Shown here in pieces: positions 18,652 to 28,927 of a stretch of DNA of 64,000 bases. Every line of letters starts with the position of its first letter. Position 1 is the stretch's first letter. Source of the DNA: an uncultured Candidatus Rokubacteria bacterium. GTDB taxonomy: Bacteria; Methylomirabilota; Methylomirabilia; Rokubacteriales; CSP1-6. A program made the translations under genes and the position numbers. The stretch spans positions 992,001 through 1,056,000 of the forward strand of contig CAVYTA010000006.1 in NCBI GenBank assembly GCA_963771355.1, in the 5' to 3' direction. The notes under the pieces were generated by a model that saw only the letters and a program-made list of their open reading frames with translations, did not search any database and was not told where the DNA came from.

Positions 18652-21276
18652 TCACGTGAGCGCGACGAGGCTGGCGGTGAGCTTTTCCCGCGCCGCCTGC
18701 TGCTCGGCCAGGCGCTCGCGCTCGCGCGCCACGATCTCGGCGGGCGCCCGCTCCACGAAGTCGGGCCGGCCGAGCTTGCCCTCGAGGAAGGCGATCTCCT
18801 TGGCCGCTCGCTCGACCTCCTTGGCGAGGCGCTGCCGCTCGGCGGCCAGGTCCACCACGCCCTCGAGGCGCACGTATACCTCGGCCCCGTGCGCCATCGC
18901 GAGCGCGGACTGGGGCGGGCGCACTGCGGCCGGGTCCACCGTGATGGTGGCCCGCGCGAGGGCGCCCATCAGGGGTGCGGCCTCGGCGAGGATCGCCGCG
19001 TCCCGGACCGAGCCGGGCCGCACGACCGCGGCCAGCTCCACCGCCGGCGAAATGCGGCTCTCGCTGCGGATGGTCCGGATCGCGCTGACGATGCCGATCA
19101 CGCCGCCCATCCACGCCTCCGCCCCGGCGTCGTGGCCCTTGCGCGAGGCCCTGGGGAAGGGCGCGATCATGATGGAGTCCCCCCCACCCTCACGGGGCAG
19201 CCGCTGCCAGATGTCCTCGGAGATGAACGGCATGAACGGGTGCAGGAGCCGGAGCGTGATGTCGAGCGTCTCCACCAGGGTCTGCTGGGTGACCGCTCGC
19301 GCCACCGCGTCGTCCTTCTGGTAGAGGCTTTGCTTCGCAATCTCCAGATACCAGTCGCAGAGCTCGTGCCAGAGGAACTGATAGACGGCCGACGCCGCGT
19401 CGTTGAACCGGTAGGAGTCCAGGGCGCGGCGAACCTCCCGCACCGCGGCGGCGGCGCGGCTCCGGATCCACCGGTCGGCCACGGTGGGCGTCCCCTTTCG
19501 GGCAAGCCGCGGATCGTACCCATCCAGGTTGGAGAGGACCAGGCGCGACGCGTTCCACAGCTTGTTGGCGAAGTTCCGGTTGCCCTCGATGCGCTCCTCG
19601 GAAAGGCGGACGTCCCGCCCCTGGCCGGCGAGGGCGGCCAGGGTGAAGCGAAACGCGTCGGTGCCGAACTGATCCATGATGGTGAGCGGGTCCACCACGT
19701 TGCCCTTCGACTTCGACATCTTCCGCCCCTCCGCGTCACGCACGAGGGCATGGATGAAGACGTGGTGGAAGGGAACGTCCCCCATGAACTTGATGCCGAG
19801 CATGGCCATCCGGGCCACCCAGAAGAAGATGATGTCGAAGCCGGTGACCAGGCAGGAGGTCGGATAGTACTTTTTGAGCTCGGGCGTGGAATCGGGCCAG
19901 CCCAGGGTCGAGAACGGCCAGAGCCCGGACGAGAACCACGTGTCGAGCACGTCCCCGTCCTGCCGAAGAGCGCCGCCGCACTTCGGACAGGCGGTGAGAT
20001 CCACGCGTGAGACGTACACGCCACCATCCCGGTCGCAGTGCCAGGCGGGAATGCGGTGGCCCCACCAGAGCTGGCGCGAGATGGGCCAGTCGCGGATGTT
20101 CTCCATCCAGTGGTAGTAGGTCTTGGCCCAGCCGCGGGGGATGATCTTGATCTTCCCCGAGCGCACCGCCTTGATGGCCGGCTCGGCGAGCGGCTTGGCG
20201 CGGACGTACCACTGCTTGGAGATGAGCGGCTCCACCACCGTCTTGCACCGGTAGCAGACGCCCACCGCGTGGCGATAGGGCTCGATCCGGTCGATGAGCC
20301 CGAGCGCCTGCATGTCTTCCACGATCCGCTTCCGGCACTCGAACCGGTCGAGCCCCGCGTACTTGCCGGCCGCCGCCGTCATCTTGCCGTCGAAGCCGAT
20401 GACGGTGCGCACGGGCAGGTGGTGGCGCTTCCCGATCTCGAAGTCGGTGGGGTCGTGGCCGGGGGTGACCTTGATCACTCCGGTGCCGAACTTCGGGTCC
20501 ACCGCGGTGTCGGCGACGACCTGGATGGAGATGGTCCCCTCCACCGAGGGCACCTCGAGCGTCTTGCCCACATATTTCCGGTACCGCTTGTCCTTGGGGT
20601 GGACGGCGAGCGCGGTGTCGCCGAGCTTGGTCTCGGGGCGGACGGTCCCGAGAGTGAGAGGCCCGTACTTGATGTAGACGAACTCGCCGTCGCGCTCCTC
20701 GCGCTCCACCTCGAGGTCGGAGAGCACGGTCTGGCAGCGCGGGCACCAGTTGACGATGTAGTCGCCCCGGTAAATGAGCTCCTCCTCCCAGAGGCGCACG
20801 AAGACCTCGCGCACCGCCACCGAGAGGCCCGGATCCATGGTGAAGCGCTCGCGCTCCCAGTCGCAGGAGGCGCCGAGCCGCTTGAGCTGCTTGACGATGG
20901 TCCCGCCCGACTCCTCCTTCCACTTCCAGACCCGGCTGAGGAAGGCTTCGCGGCCGAGGTCCTCCTTGGTCTTCCCCTCCTCCGCGAGCTGCCGCTCCAC
21001 CACGTACTGGGTGCCGATGCCCGCGTGGTCCGTCCCGAACTGCCAGAGCGTGTTGTGGCCGTCCATCCGCTTGTAGCGGATGAGGACATCCTGGATGGTG
21101 AAGGTATACGCGTGACCCATGTGCAGGACGCCGGTCACGTTCGGGGGTGGGCAGACGATGCAGTACGGCTTGCCGGGCGCGTTCGGGTCGGCTCGGAAAT
21201 AGCCCCGCCGCTCCCACTCGGCGTACCACTGGGGCTCCACGCGCGTGGGATCGTAGCGGTCGGCGATTTCCGTCAT
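18652..21276 (-). CDS. valS: Valine-tRNA ligase
   Basis: PPPNVTGVLHMGH, ISRQLWWGHRIP, KMSKS, C-terminal coiled coil; start MTEIADRYDP. Confidence 0.97.
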   Translation of the reverse strand: MTEIADRYDPTRVEPQWYAEWERRGYFRADPNAPGKPYCIVCPPPNVTGVLHMGHAYTFTIQDVLIRYKRMDGHNTLWQFGTDHAGIGTQYVVERQLAEEGKTKEDLGREAFLSRVWKWKEESGGTIVKQLKRLGASCDWERERFTMDPGLSVAVREVFVRLWEEELIYRGDYIVNWCPRCQTVLSDLEVEREERDGEFVYIKYGPLTLGTVRPETKLGDTALAVHPKDKRYRKYVGKTLEVPSVEGTISIQVVADTAVDPKFGTGVIKVTPGHDPTDFEIGKRHHLPVRTVIGFDGKMTAAAGKYAGLDRFECRKRIVEDMQALGLIDRIEPYRHAVGVCYRCKTVVEPLISKQWYVRAKPLAEPAIKAVRSGKIKIIPRGWAKTYYHWMENIRDWPISRQLWWGHRIPAWHCDRDGGVYVSRVDLTACPKCGGALRQDGDVLDTWFSSGLWPFSTLGWPDSTPELKKYYPTSCLVTGFDIIFFWVARMAMLGIKFMGDVPFHHVFIHALVRDAEGRKMSKSKGNVVDPLTIMDQFGTDAFRFTLAALAGQGRDVRLSEERIEGNRNFANKLWNASRLVLSNLDGYDPRLARKGTPTVADRWIRSRAAAAVREVRRALDSYRFNDAASAVYQFLWHELCDWYLEIAKQSLYQKDDAVARAVTQQTLVETLDITLRLLHPFMPFISEDIWQRLPREGGGDSIMIAPFPRASRKGHDAGAEAWMGGVIGIVSAIRTIRSESRISPAVELAAVVRPGSVRDAAILAEAAPLMGALARATITVDPAAVRPPQSALAMAHGAEVYVRLEGVVDLAAERQRLAKEVERAAKEIAFLEGKLGRPDFVERAPAEIVARERERLAEQQAAREKLTASLVALT

Positions 21277-21286
21277 GATGGGCGCG

Positions 21287-22363
21287 TCATTGTAGCACGG
21301 GGGCCGCGCCGGCCAGACGCCACCCGCGCGGATCGCGGCTCCACCAGAGCGACCAAGGGCTGCGCGGCGCCGGCGCGCCGGCGCCGCGCTCCTCGGTGGC
21401 CGCCACCACCACAGTGCCCGGCGATTCCGCGTTCGCCGCGTCGCAGGCCGGCTCCGGCACCAGCGCCTGCGGTAGCCTCGCGCGCAGCGCGGGATCGGGC
21501 ACCAGCTCGGCGAGCGCGCGCCGGTCTCCGGACTCCACCGCGACGAAGAAGCGGGCCACCGCACGCGCGAGGTCGCGGTGCCAGGCGTTGTGCGTCCGGC
21601 GGCGGACGGTGGCGATCCCGTCAGTGGCGGCGACGTGACGGAGCAGCTCCTCTTGCTCGGTCTGCCCGTCGCAGCCGGGCTTCCAGCCGGGATAGCGCAG
21701 CTCGTAGCGGAGGAGTATCTCTCCCGCGCCCACGCGATACGCCACCGCCCGCAGCCCGTCGGGAAAGGCCTCGGCGGTGCTCCACGCGCGCGCGAATCCC
21801 GCCGCGCTCAGGCGCCAGATCTCCAGACGCAGCGGCCGCCGGCCCACGCCGTCCGGAGCGCCGAACCAGCTCAGCGCCAGCTGGGGGGCGCGCGCGCGAG
21901 TGTCGGGCCACGCATAGACCTCGGGGGCGCCCTCGTGGGTGATGGTACGCGCGAGGGACGCGTCCGGCCCCATCCCGGTGAAGATCCGTACCGAGCCCGG
22001 ACCCTCCATGCCGGACAGCCCGTAGAGTCCCACCGTCAGCGCGCGCGGACCGTCGTCACGGCCCAGGCGGATGGCGCGGAAGCGGGCGCCGCCCCAGGCG
22101 GCGTTGAAGGCCTCCAGCCGCTCTCCCACGAACTCCGGCGAGGCGAACAGCCCGCCGCTCTGGAGGTTGTCGAGGATCTCCTCATCCACCAGGGTGTATA
22201 GGGTGGCCACCTGCGCCTCGCTCGGCGCGGGGCCGAGCGCTCCCGCGAGCGCGCGGAAGGTCTCGAGCCGGTCGATCTGAGTGGCGGCGGAGGCGGCGAC
22301 AGGGACGGCGCAGAGCGCGAGCGCAGTCAGGAGCACGGTCGCCAGACTTGCCGGGTGCGTCAC
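21287..22363 (-). CDS. Hypothetical exported protein
   Basis: Signal peptide (LATVLLTALALCAVPVAASA), long ORF filling the gap between valS and lptFG; no recognisable family. Confidence 0.65.
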   Translation of the reverse strand: MTHPASLATVLLTALALCAVPVAASAATQIDRLETFRALAGALGPAPSEAQVATLYTLVDEEILDNLQSGGLFASPEFVGERLEAFNAAWGGARFRAIRLGRDDGPRALTVGLYGLSGMEGPGSVRIFTGMGPDASLARTITHEGAPEVYAWPDTRARAPQLALSWFGAPDGVGRRPLRLEIWRLSAAGFARAWSTAEAFPDGLRAVAYRVGAGEILLRYELRYPGWKPGCDGQTEQEELLRHVAATDGIATVRRRTHNAWHRDLARAVARFFVAVESGDRRALAELVPDPALRARLPQALVPEPACDAANAESPGTVVVAATEERGAGAPAPRSPWSLWWSRDPRGWRLAGAAPVLQ

Positions 22364-22387
22364 GACGCTATCGTACAATGAGGGGTG

Positions 22388-24709
22388 ATGGGTCGCATCA
22401 TCGACCGGTACGTTCTTCGGGAGCTCGTGGTTCCGTTCGCGATGGGGGTCGGTGTCTTCACCTTCTTCCTCGTCATCGACCGGATCTATCAACTCACCGA
22501 GCTGGTCATCACCAAGGGCGTCCCCTTCCTCCTGGTGGTGAGCCTCCTGGGCTACATGCTCCCATCCTTCCTGAGCCTCACCTTCCCCATGGCGCTCCTG
22601 GTCGCGGTGCTCCTCGTGGGCGGCCGCCTGAACACGGACATGGAAGTGACCGCGCTGAAGGCCTCGGGGGTGAGCCCGCTCCGGCTACTCCGCCCCTTTG
22701 TCCTGGCCGGCGTGGTGGTCACGCTCGTGTGCGCCGTCCTCACGCTCTACGTGGTGCCGCCTACCAATACCGCCTTCCAGCGGCAGCTCTTCCACATTCT
22801 TCAATCGCGTGCCGCCACCGGGATCAAGGAGCGCGTCTTCAGCGCCTCCTTCGGGCAGTTCACCATCTACGTGCAGGACGTGAGCCCCTCGCAGGTCGCT
22901 CTCAAGGGGCTCATCGTCTCCGACGAGCGGAGCCCGGCACTCTCGCGCGTGATCGTCGCGCGCGAAGGGCGCCTCCTCACCGACGAGGAGAACAGCCGCA
23001 TCACCCTGCGCTTCCTCGACGGCCAGGTCACCGAGACCGACACCTCCGACGGGCGGCGGGCACGCTTTACCGACTTCAGCCTCTACGACATGAATCTCCC
23101 CCTGGAGTCGCCGTTCACCGGCGCCACCCGCTCGGAGAAGCCGGAGCGCGACCTCTCCCTCGCCGACCTCCGTACGCACGCCGCCGCGCTCGCCGCCCAG
23201 GGACAGCTGGTGGGCGCGTACTACGTGGAGTTCCACAAGCGCTTCGCGCTGCCGCTGGCCGCCCTCGTCTTCGTTCTCGTCGGCTTTCCGCTCGCGCTCC
23301 GCGGCCACCCGCGCGGCGGCGGCCGCGGCGTCGCCCTCGCAGCGAGCCTCGGCATCGTGGTGTCCTACTACATCGTCTTCACCAGCCTCGAGGGCATGTC
23401 GCTGCGCGGGCGCATTCCCGCGTGGCTGGGCATCTGGCTCCCCAACGCCCTCTTCCTCGCCGCCGGGCTCGTCTTGCTGCGCGTGACCACCGCGGGCCTG
23501 CCTACCGGCTGGACCCACGAGCTCTGGCGGCTCCGCGACGCTCTCCGCGGGCGCCTGCCCACGCTCCCCTTCCTCCGACGGGAGATGGGCGCCGCGGCCG
23601 ACCCGGACCGCCGGTGGCGCGCCTCCACCTTTCTCATCGACCGGTATCTCCTCCGGGAATATGCCAAGTTCATCGGCATCGGGCTCGCGGTGGGGACGGT
23701 GCTGTTCCTCGTGGTCGATCTCCTCCAGACCCTCGATCGCTTCCTGCGCATCAAGCCTCCCCTCGTCTACATCCTCCAGCACTTCGTCTACCGCCTGCCG
23801 GGCGCGCTCCACGATGGCCTGCCCATCGTGGTGCTCATCGCCACCGTGTTCCTCTTCCTCTCCCTCACCCGCGCCCACGAGCTCGACGCGCTCAAGGCGG
23901 CGGGAGTGAGCCTCTACCGGGTGAGCGCGCCCGTCCTCCTCTTCGCGGTGGTCCTGAGCCTGGGCGCCGCTATCTTCCAGGAAACGATGCTTCCGGGTAT
24001 CAATGCCCGCGCGGAAGAGGTGGATCGGGTCAAGATCCGAGGCAATTTGCCGCGGCACCTCCAGAAACGCAACCAGCTCTGGTACCGGTCCACCGACACG
24101 CGCTTCTGGCGCATGGAGCTGCTGGACCCGGTGGAGCGCTCGATCAGCGGCCTCCTCATCCTGGAGGTCGACGCGGACTTCCAGCTCGTGAGCCGGCTGG
24201 ACGCGCAGACCGCGAAGTGGACGCCCGAGGGGTGGGAGCTCTCGCAGGGCTTCGTGCGGACGGTGGTGACGGGCAACCGGCTGGAGTCCCGGCCCTTCAC
24301 CAAGCTCGTGATGCGGATGCCCGAGCACATCGACGACTTCACCAACGTGCAGAGGCCGCCGGAGATCATGAGCTTCCGCGAGCTGCGCGCCTATGTGCAG
24401 CGGCTCGAGGAGACCGGGCACCGCGTGGGGAAGTACGTGGTGGAGCTCAACTCGAAGCTGTCGTTCCCCTTCGTCCATCTCATCATGGCGCTGGTGGCCA
24501 TCCCCTTCGCGCTGGCCTCGCCCCGGAGCGGGGGGCGCGCGGTGGGCATCGGGGTGGCCATCATGATCTCGCTGGGCTACTGGGTGGTGCACTACATGGC
24601 GCTGGCCTTCGCCAAGGCCGATCTCCTGCCCCCCTTCCTCGCCGCCTGGACCGCCAACATCGTGTTCGCGGGCCTGGGCACCGCGCTGTTCCTCCGCACC
24701 CGGACCTAG
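22388..24709 (+). CDS. lptF: Fused LptF-LptG LPS export permease
   Basis: Two tandem YjgP/YjgQ units, each starting I(I)DRY(V/L)LRE with E(V/L)xALKA(S/A)GVS, periplasmic beta domain and C-terminal W-PN/W-AN helix. Confidence 0.92.
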   Translation: MGRIIDRYVLRELVVPFAMGVGVFTFFLVIDRIYQLTELVITKGVPFLLVVSLLGYMLPSFLSLTFPMALLVAVLLVGGRLNTDMEVTALKASGVSPLRLLRPFVLAGVVVTLVCAVLTLYVVPPTNTAFQRQLFHILQSRAATGIKERVFSASFGQFTIYVQDVSPSQVALKGLIVSDERSPALSRVIVAREGRLLTDEENSRITLRFLDGQVTETDTSDGRRARFTDFSLYDMNLPLESPFTGATRSEKPERDLSLADLRTHAAALAAQGQLVGAYYVEFHKRFALPLAALVFVLVGFPLALRGHPRGGGRGVALAASLGIVVSYYIVFTSLEGMSLRGRIPAWLGIWLPNALFLAAGLVLLRVTTAGLPTGWTHELWRLRDALRGRLPTLPFLRREMGAAADPDRRWRASTFLIDRYLLREYAKFIGIGLAVGTVLFLVVDLLQTLDRFLRIKPPLVYILQHFVYRLPGALHDGLPIVVLIATVFLFLSLTRAHELDALKAAGVSLYRVSAPVLLFAVVLSLGAAIFQETMLPGINARAEEVDRVKIRGNLPRHLQKRNQLWYRSTDTRFWRMELLDPVERSISGLLILEVDADFQLVSRLDAQTAKWTPEGWELSQGFVRTVVTGNRLESRPFTKLVMRMPEHIDDFTNVQRPPEIMSFRELRAYVQRLEETGHRVGKYVVELNSKLSFPFVHLIMALVAIPFALASPRSGGRAVGIGVAIMISLGYWVVHYMALAFAKADLLPPFLAAWTANIVFAGLGTALFLRTRT

Positions 24710-27450
24710 CGGCCCTCGCGCAACTGCCGCAGCGCCTCCTCGAGGCGCTTCTGCTCCTGGCCGTAGGCGGCCCAGTCACCGCGCCGCAGCGCCTCCTGGC
24801 TCTTCTGCCATGCCTCCCACGCGCGCTGGCTGAACAACTGCAGCGCGGGGTCGGCGGCGGGCGGCGCCGGCGCCCCCGGCACCCGCGGGGTGGCCAGCGC
24901 CGCGCGCGGCGACTCGTCTCCGCGCACCCGTGCGCCGAAGATGCGCCCGAGCGCCTGCTCCAGCGTGGGCTCCATCGCGATCTGATTGCCGTAGGCCACG
25001 ATCACGCGCCGGAGCTCGGGCAACGCCCCCTGCTCGGTGGCCGACAGATACAGCGGCTGGACGTAGATCAGCGACTGGTCGATGGGGATGGCGAGCATCG
25101 AGCCGCGAAGCACGCGCGAGCCCTGCTGGTTCCAGAGGGCGAGCTGCTGGGAAATGATGGGATCCTGATCGATCCGGGCGTCGATTTGCCGCGGCCCGTA
25201 GACGAGCTTCTGCTTGGGGAAATTGTAGACGATGATGCGGCCGTAGTTCGGGAGATCCGCCCGCCCGACCATGATCGCGATCATGTTGTCGCGCCGGCTC
25301 GGGTTGAAGCCCCCCAGGAGGACGAACTCCTCGCGGGCCTCGCCGGGTAGCCGCATGATGGTGTAGTAGGGCTCCATCTCTGTCGCGGTACGGCCGTCCT
25401 GCGGCCGGCGCGGGATGGTCCAGAGGTCCTCCTTGTTGTAGAAGACCTGCGGGTCCTCCATGTGGTAGGTCGCGTACATCTGCATCTGGAGGGTGAAGAG
25501 GTCCTCCGGGTAGCGGATGTGGGACTGCAAGTCCTTCGGCATGTCCGCGAGGGGACGCAGGAGCCCGGGAAAGGCCTTGGCGTACGTCCGGACGATGGGG
25601 TCATCGGGATCGGCCACGTAGTACGTCACCGTCCCGTGAAAGGCATCCACCGTCACCTTGACGGAGTTCCGGATGTAGTTGCCGATCCCGCGCACCGGCT
25701 GCGCAAAGGGATAGCGGTCGCTGGTGGTGTAGCCGTCCACCATCCAGATGAGGCGCCCGTCGTCGGTCACCACCAGGTACGGATCCCGGTCGAAGCGCAC
25801 GAAGGGCGCCGCCTGCCGGACGCGGTCGCGGATGCTGCGGTAGATCATGATGCGGCTCTCGGAGGTGAGGTCCCGGGTGAGGAGGACCTTGAGCTCGCCA
25901 AACCGCGCCGCGAACGCCAGCTTGCGGAGGAAGGAGTCCACCGGGATCCCGCCCCGGCCCTCGTACTTGGTGTAGACGTTCTGGTCCCCGGAGGGATAGT
26001 CCAGCTCCTGCGACTGGGTGCGGACGAACGCGTAGTCGTTGCCGGACTCGCCGTAGTAGATCTCGGGCCGGGTGATCTTCGGGAACCCCGTCGCCGCGGG
26101 CGGGATGTCCTTGACGAAGAACTCGGGCAGTCCCTCCGGGCTGATGCGGTTCACCGGCCCCACCACCAGGCCGTAGCCGTGGGTGTAGGTCAGGTGCTCG
26201 TTGATCCAGTTCTGCTCCTGGCCGGGCAGGTGCCGGTAGGACAGCTCGCGGGGCGAGAGCATGACCTGGCGGTACTCGCCGTTCACCGTGTAGCGGTCAT
26301 TGTCCACGTCGAGGAACTTGTAGTAGGTGCGGATCTCCTGGAGCTGGCCGTAGGTGATCAGGAGCGGCCGGTGATCCCAGAGCCGGATGTTCTTGATGGT
26401 GAGGACGTTCCGCTCGAGCGCGGCCGCGTTGAGATTCTCCTCGGCGGGGAAATCCTTCTCCTGGACCCGGTCCAGCCCGTAGGCCTGCCGCGTCATCCGG
26501 ATATTGTGCTGGATGTACGGACGCTCCGCCCGCAGCTCGTTGGGCTTCACGCTGAACTTCTGCAGCAGCGAGGGATAGAGGCCGAGCCCGCCCACCCACA
26601 CCACGATCAGCACCACGAGCCCGGCCACCGGAAAGAGCCAGCCCGGCCGGCTCATCTGCACGAGGCAGGCCGCCGCACAGAGGAGGGCGAGCACCGCGAG
26701 CACGTTGAGTACCGGCAACGCAGCGTTGACGTCGGTGTAGGAAGCGCCGAAGACCGCGCCCCGCGTCGAGTAGAGCAGATCGAAGCGGTCGAGCCAGAAG
26801 CCCGCCGCCCGGAGCACGAGGATGAGCGCGCCCAGGCCGAGGAGGTGCGTGCGGGCGGCGGCGGCGAGGCGCGGACCGCGCGCGGTGAGCACCAGGCTGC
26901 GCTGCACCACGTACACGGCGGCGGTGAGCACCAGCGCCCCCGCCGCGAGCGCGATGCCCCAGCCGTAGAGCAGGCGCCAGAACGGGAGCTCGAAGAAGTA
27001 GAAGCCGAGGTCGCGGCCGAAGAGCGGGTCCACCCGGCCGAAGGCCGTCGCGTTGCGGAACTCGATGACGGTGTCCCACGCCCCGCTCCCGCGGGTGGCG
27101 GACACGAAGGCGATCAACGCGGTTACCGGCACGAGGAGACGCCGGACGAGGGGCTCGATGCTGGCGCGGCCAGGCAGGCCGAGCTGGTCCTCCAGCTCCC
27201 AGAGCACGTCGGGGGGCGCCACGCGCGCGGCCACCCAGAGATTGGCGAACAGGAAGGCCCACACCGTGAGGCCCAGCCCGATCACGAGCCAGCCCCGGAG
27301 GGTCAAGACGGTGGTGAAGACGTCGACGAAGCCGACTTCCTGGAACCAGAGCCAGTCGGTGTAGAGCGGGACGGCCTGGCCGACGACGCCCAGGAAGAGG
27401 AAGGCCAGCAGGATCCAGAACGCGGGACGACGTCGCCGGCCGATCGCCAC
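24706..27450 (-). CDS. UPF0182 family membrane protein
   Basis: YTDWLWFQEVGF, DPLFGRDLGFY, NIRLWD, HLTYTHGYG, NYIRNSVK, YVQPLY. Confidence 0.92.
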   Translation of the reverse strand: MAIGRRRRPAFWILLAFLFLGVVGQAVPLYTDWLWFQEVGFVDVFTTVLTLRGWLVIGLGLTVWAFLFANLWVAARVAPPDVLWELEDQLGLPGRASIEPLVRRLLVPVTALIAFVSATRGSGAWDTVIEFRNATAFGRVDPLFGRDLGFYFFELPFWRLLYGWGIALAAGALVLTAAVYVVQRSLVLTARGPRLAAAARTHLLGLGALILVLRAAGFWLDRFDLLYSTRGAVFGASYTDVNAALPVLNVLAVLALLCAAACLVQMSRPGWLFPVAGLVVLIVVWVGGLGLYPSLLQKFSVKPNELRAERPYIQHNIRMTRQAYGLDRVQEKDFPAEENLNAAALERNVLTIKNIRLWDHRPLLITYGQLQEIRTYYKFLDVDNDRYTVNGEYRQVMLSPRELSYRHLPGQEQNWINEHLTYTHGYGLVVGPVNRISPEGLPEFFVKDIPPAATGFPKITRPEIYYGESGNDYAFVRTQSQELDYPSGDQNVYTKYEGRGGIPVDSFLRKLAFAARFGELKVLLTRDLTSESRIMIYRSIRDRVRQAAPFVRFDRDPYLVVTDDGRLIWMVDGYTTSDRYPFAQPVRGIGNYIRNSVKVTVDAFHGTVTYYVADPDDPIVRTYAKAFPGLLRPLADMPKDLQSHIRYPEDLFTLQMQMYATYHMEDPQVFYNKEDLWTIPRRPQDGRTATEMEPYYTIMRLPGEAREEFVLLGGFNPSRRDNMIAIMVGRADLPNYGRIIVYNFPKQKLVYGPRQIDARIDQDPIISQQLALWNQQGSRVLRGSMLAIPIDQSLIYVQPLYLSATEQGALPELRRVIVAYGNQIAMEPTLEQALGRIFGARVRGDESPRAALATPRVPGAPAPPAADPALQLFSQRAWEAWQKSQEALRRGDWAAYGQEQKRLEEALRQLREGR

Positions 27451-27640
27451 AGAGGTCTCCGGAGTCTAGGCGCCCGACCACACTCGGGCGCGGATGGTCG
27501 GCGTCCGGTGGCGGTGCACCTTCAGGTGCCGTGTGTCCAGGACGAGGGGTGGGCTTCCTGCTCGGCGGTGCCGATGTGGAACCAGGCGTTCCTCGAGCCG
27601 GACGTCGACCGCGAGCTCCCGACGGGCGATCGGCGTCGCG

Positions 27641-28792
27641 TCAGACGCCGGCGTCGTCCCGGAGGTCCTTGACGCGGTCCGTGCGCTCCCAGGTGAACTC
27701 GGGCTCGTTGCGGCCGAAGTGGCCGAAAGCGGCCGTCTTCTTGTAGATGGGCCGGCGCAGATTGAGGTACTTGATGATGCCGGCCGGTGTGAAGTCGAAG
27801 TGCCGCCGCACCATCTGCTCGAGCTTGCTCGAGGGCACTTTCCCCGTTCCGAACGTCTCCACCATCACCGACACCGGCTCCGCCACCCCGATGGCGTAGG
27901 CCACCTGCACCTGCGCGCGCTCCGCCAGGCCCGCCGCCACGATGTTCTTCGCCACGTGCCGCGCCATGTAGCAGGCGGAGCGATCGACCTTCGTCGGGTC
28001 CTTGCCGGAGAACGCGCCGCCGCCGTGCGGGCAGGAGCCGCCGTAGGTGTCGACGATGATCTTGCGTCCGGTGAGGCCCGTGTCTCCCATCGGGCCGCCC
28101 GTCACGAACCGCCCGGTGGGATTGATGTGGAAGGTCGCTTGCTTGCGGTCGAGAAGCTCGCCGGGGATGGTGGGCAGCACCACCTTCTCGATGATGTCCT
28201 GGCGGATCCGCTCCAGCGTGACGTCGGGGCTGTGCTGGGTGGAGATGACCACGGTTTCCACCGTCACCGGCTTGCCGTCCACGTAACGTACCGAGACCTG
28301 GCTCTTGCCGTCAGGCCGCAGGTAGTCGAGCTCACCGCGCCGCCGCACCTGGGAGAGGCGCTCCACCAGACGGTGCGCGAGCATGATGGGCATCGGCATC
28401 AGCTCGGGGGTCTCCGTGCACGCATACCCGAACATCAGGCCCTGGTCGCCGGCGCCGAGCGCGTCGACGCCCATGGCGATGTCACCCGACTGCTCGTCGA
28501 TGGCGGTGATCACCGCGCAAGTCTCGGAGTCGAAGCCGAACTTCGCGCGAGTGTAGCCGACCTCGCGGATGGTCTCGCGCGCGACCTTGGGGATGTCCAC
28601 GTAACACGACGTGGTGATCTCACCCGCTACCACCACGAGGCCGGTGGTGAGCAGGGTCTCGCAGGCCACGCGGCCCGTCGGATCCTGGCTCAGAATCGCG
28701 TCCAGGACCGCGTCCGACACCTGGTCGGCGATCTTGTCCGGATGACCCTCGGTCACCGACTCCGACGTGAACAGGTACTCCTCACGCGCCAT
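27641..28792 (-). CDS. metK: S-adenosylmethionine synthetase
   Basis: [35 protein letters not shown]. Confidence 0.98.
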   Translation of the reverse strand: MAREEYLFTSESVTEGHPDKIADQVSDAVLDAILSQDPTGRVACETLLTTGLVVVAGEITTSCYVDIPKVARETIREVGYTRAKFGFDSETCAVITAIDEQSGDIAMGVDALGAGDQGLMFGYACTETPELMPMPIMLAHRLVERLSQVRRRGELDYLRPDGKSQVSVRYVDGKPVTVETVVISTQHSPDVTLERIRQDIIEKVVLPTIPGELLDRKQATFHINPTGRFVTGGPMGDTGLTGRKIIVDTYGGSCPHGGGAFSGKDPTKVDRSACYMARHVAKNIVAAGLAERAQVQVAYAIGVAEPVSVMVETFGTGKVPSSKLEQMVRRHFDFTPAGIIKYLNLRRPIYKKTAAFGHFGRNEPEFTWERTDRVKDLRDDAGV

Positions 28793-28802
28793 CGTGCTCC
28801 TC

Positions 28803-28862
28803 CATCGTATTCGGCACCGTATTCGGCATCGTACTCGGGCGTAGGTACTCGACCGTACTCGG
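28803..28862. repeat. Tandem/short direct repeats in the metK leader
   Basis: Three 12-bp units CAYCGTAYTCGG (28803-28838); core GTAYTCG at 28807, 28819, 28831, 28845, 28855. Confidence 0.75.
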
Positions 28863-28898
28863 GGGCGTCGTTTCGTCGTTTTTAGTCGTGCTCACGGC

Positions 28899-28927
28899 AC
28901 GTTAGCACAGGCTCGGAGACGTCTCAA
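28899..28927 (-). promoter_or_regulatory. sigma70-type promoter of metK
   Basis: Minus strand TTGAGA-17 bp-TAACGT with extended -10 TG. Confidence 0.55.

Noticed and set aside
27464..27640. metK 3' region as a tRNA, 6S RNA, SAH riboswitch or small CDS
   Set aside because: No cloverleaf or T-loop, no convincing match to 6S or SAH consensus, and no frame with a good start; kept only as a generic structured-RNA candidate.
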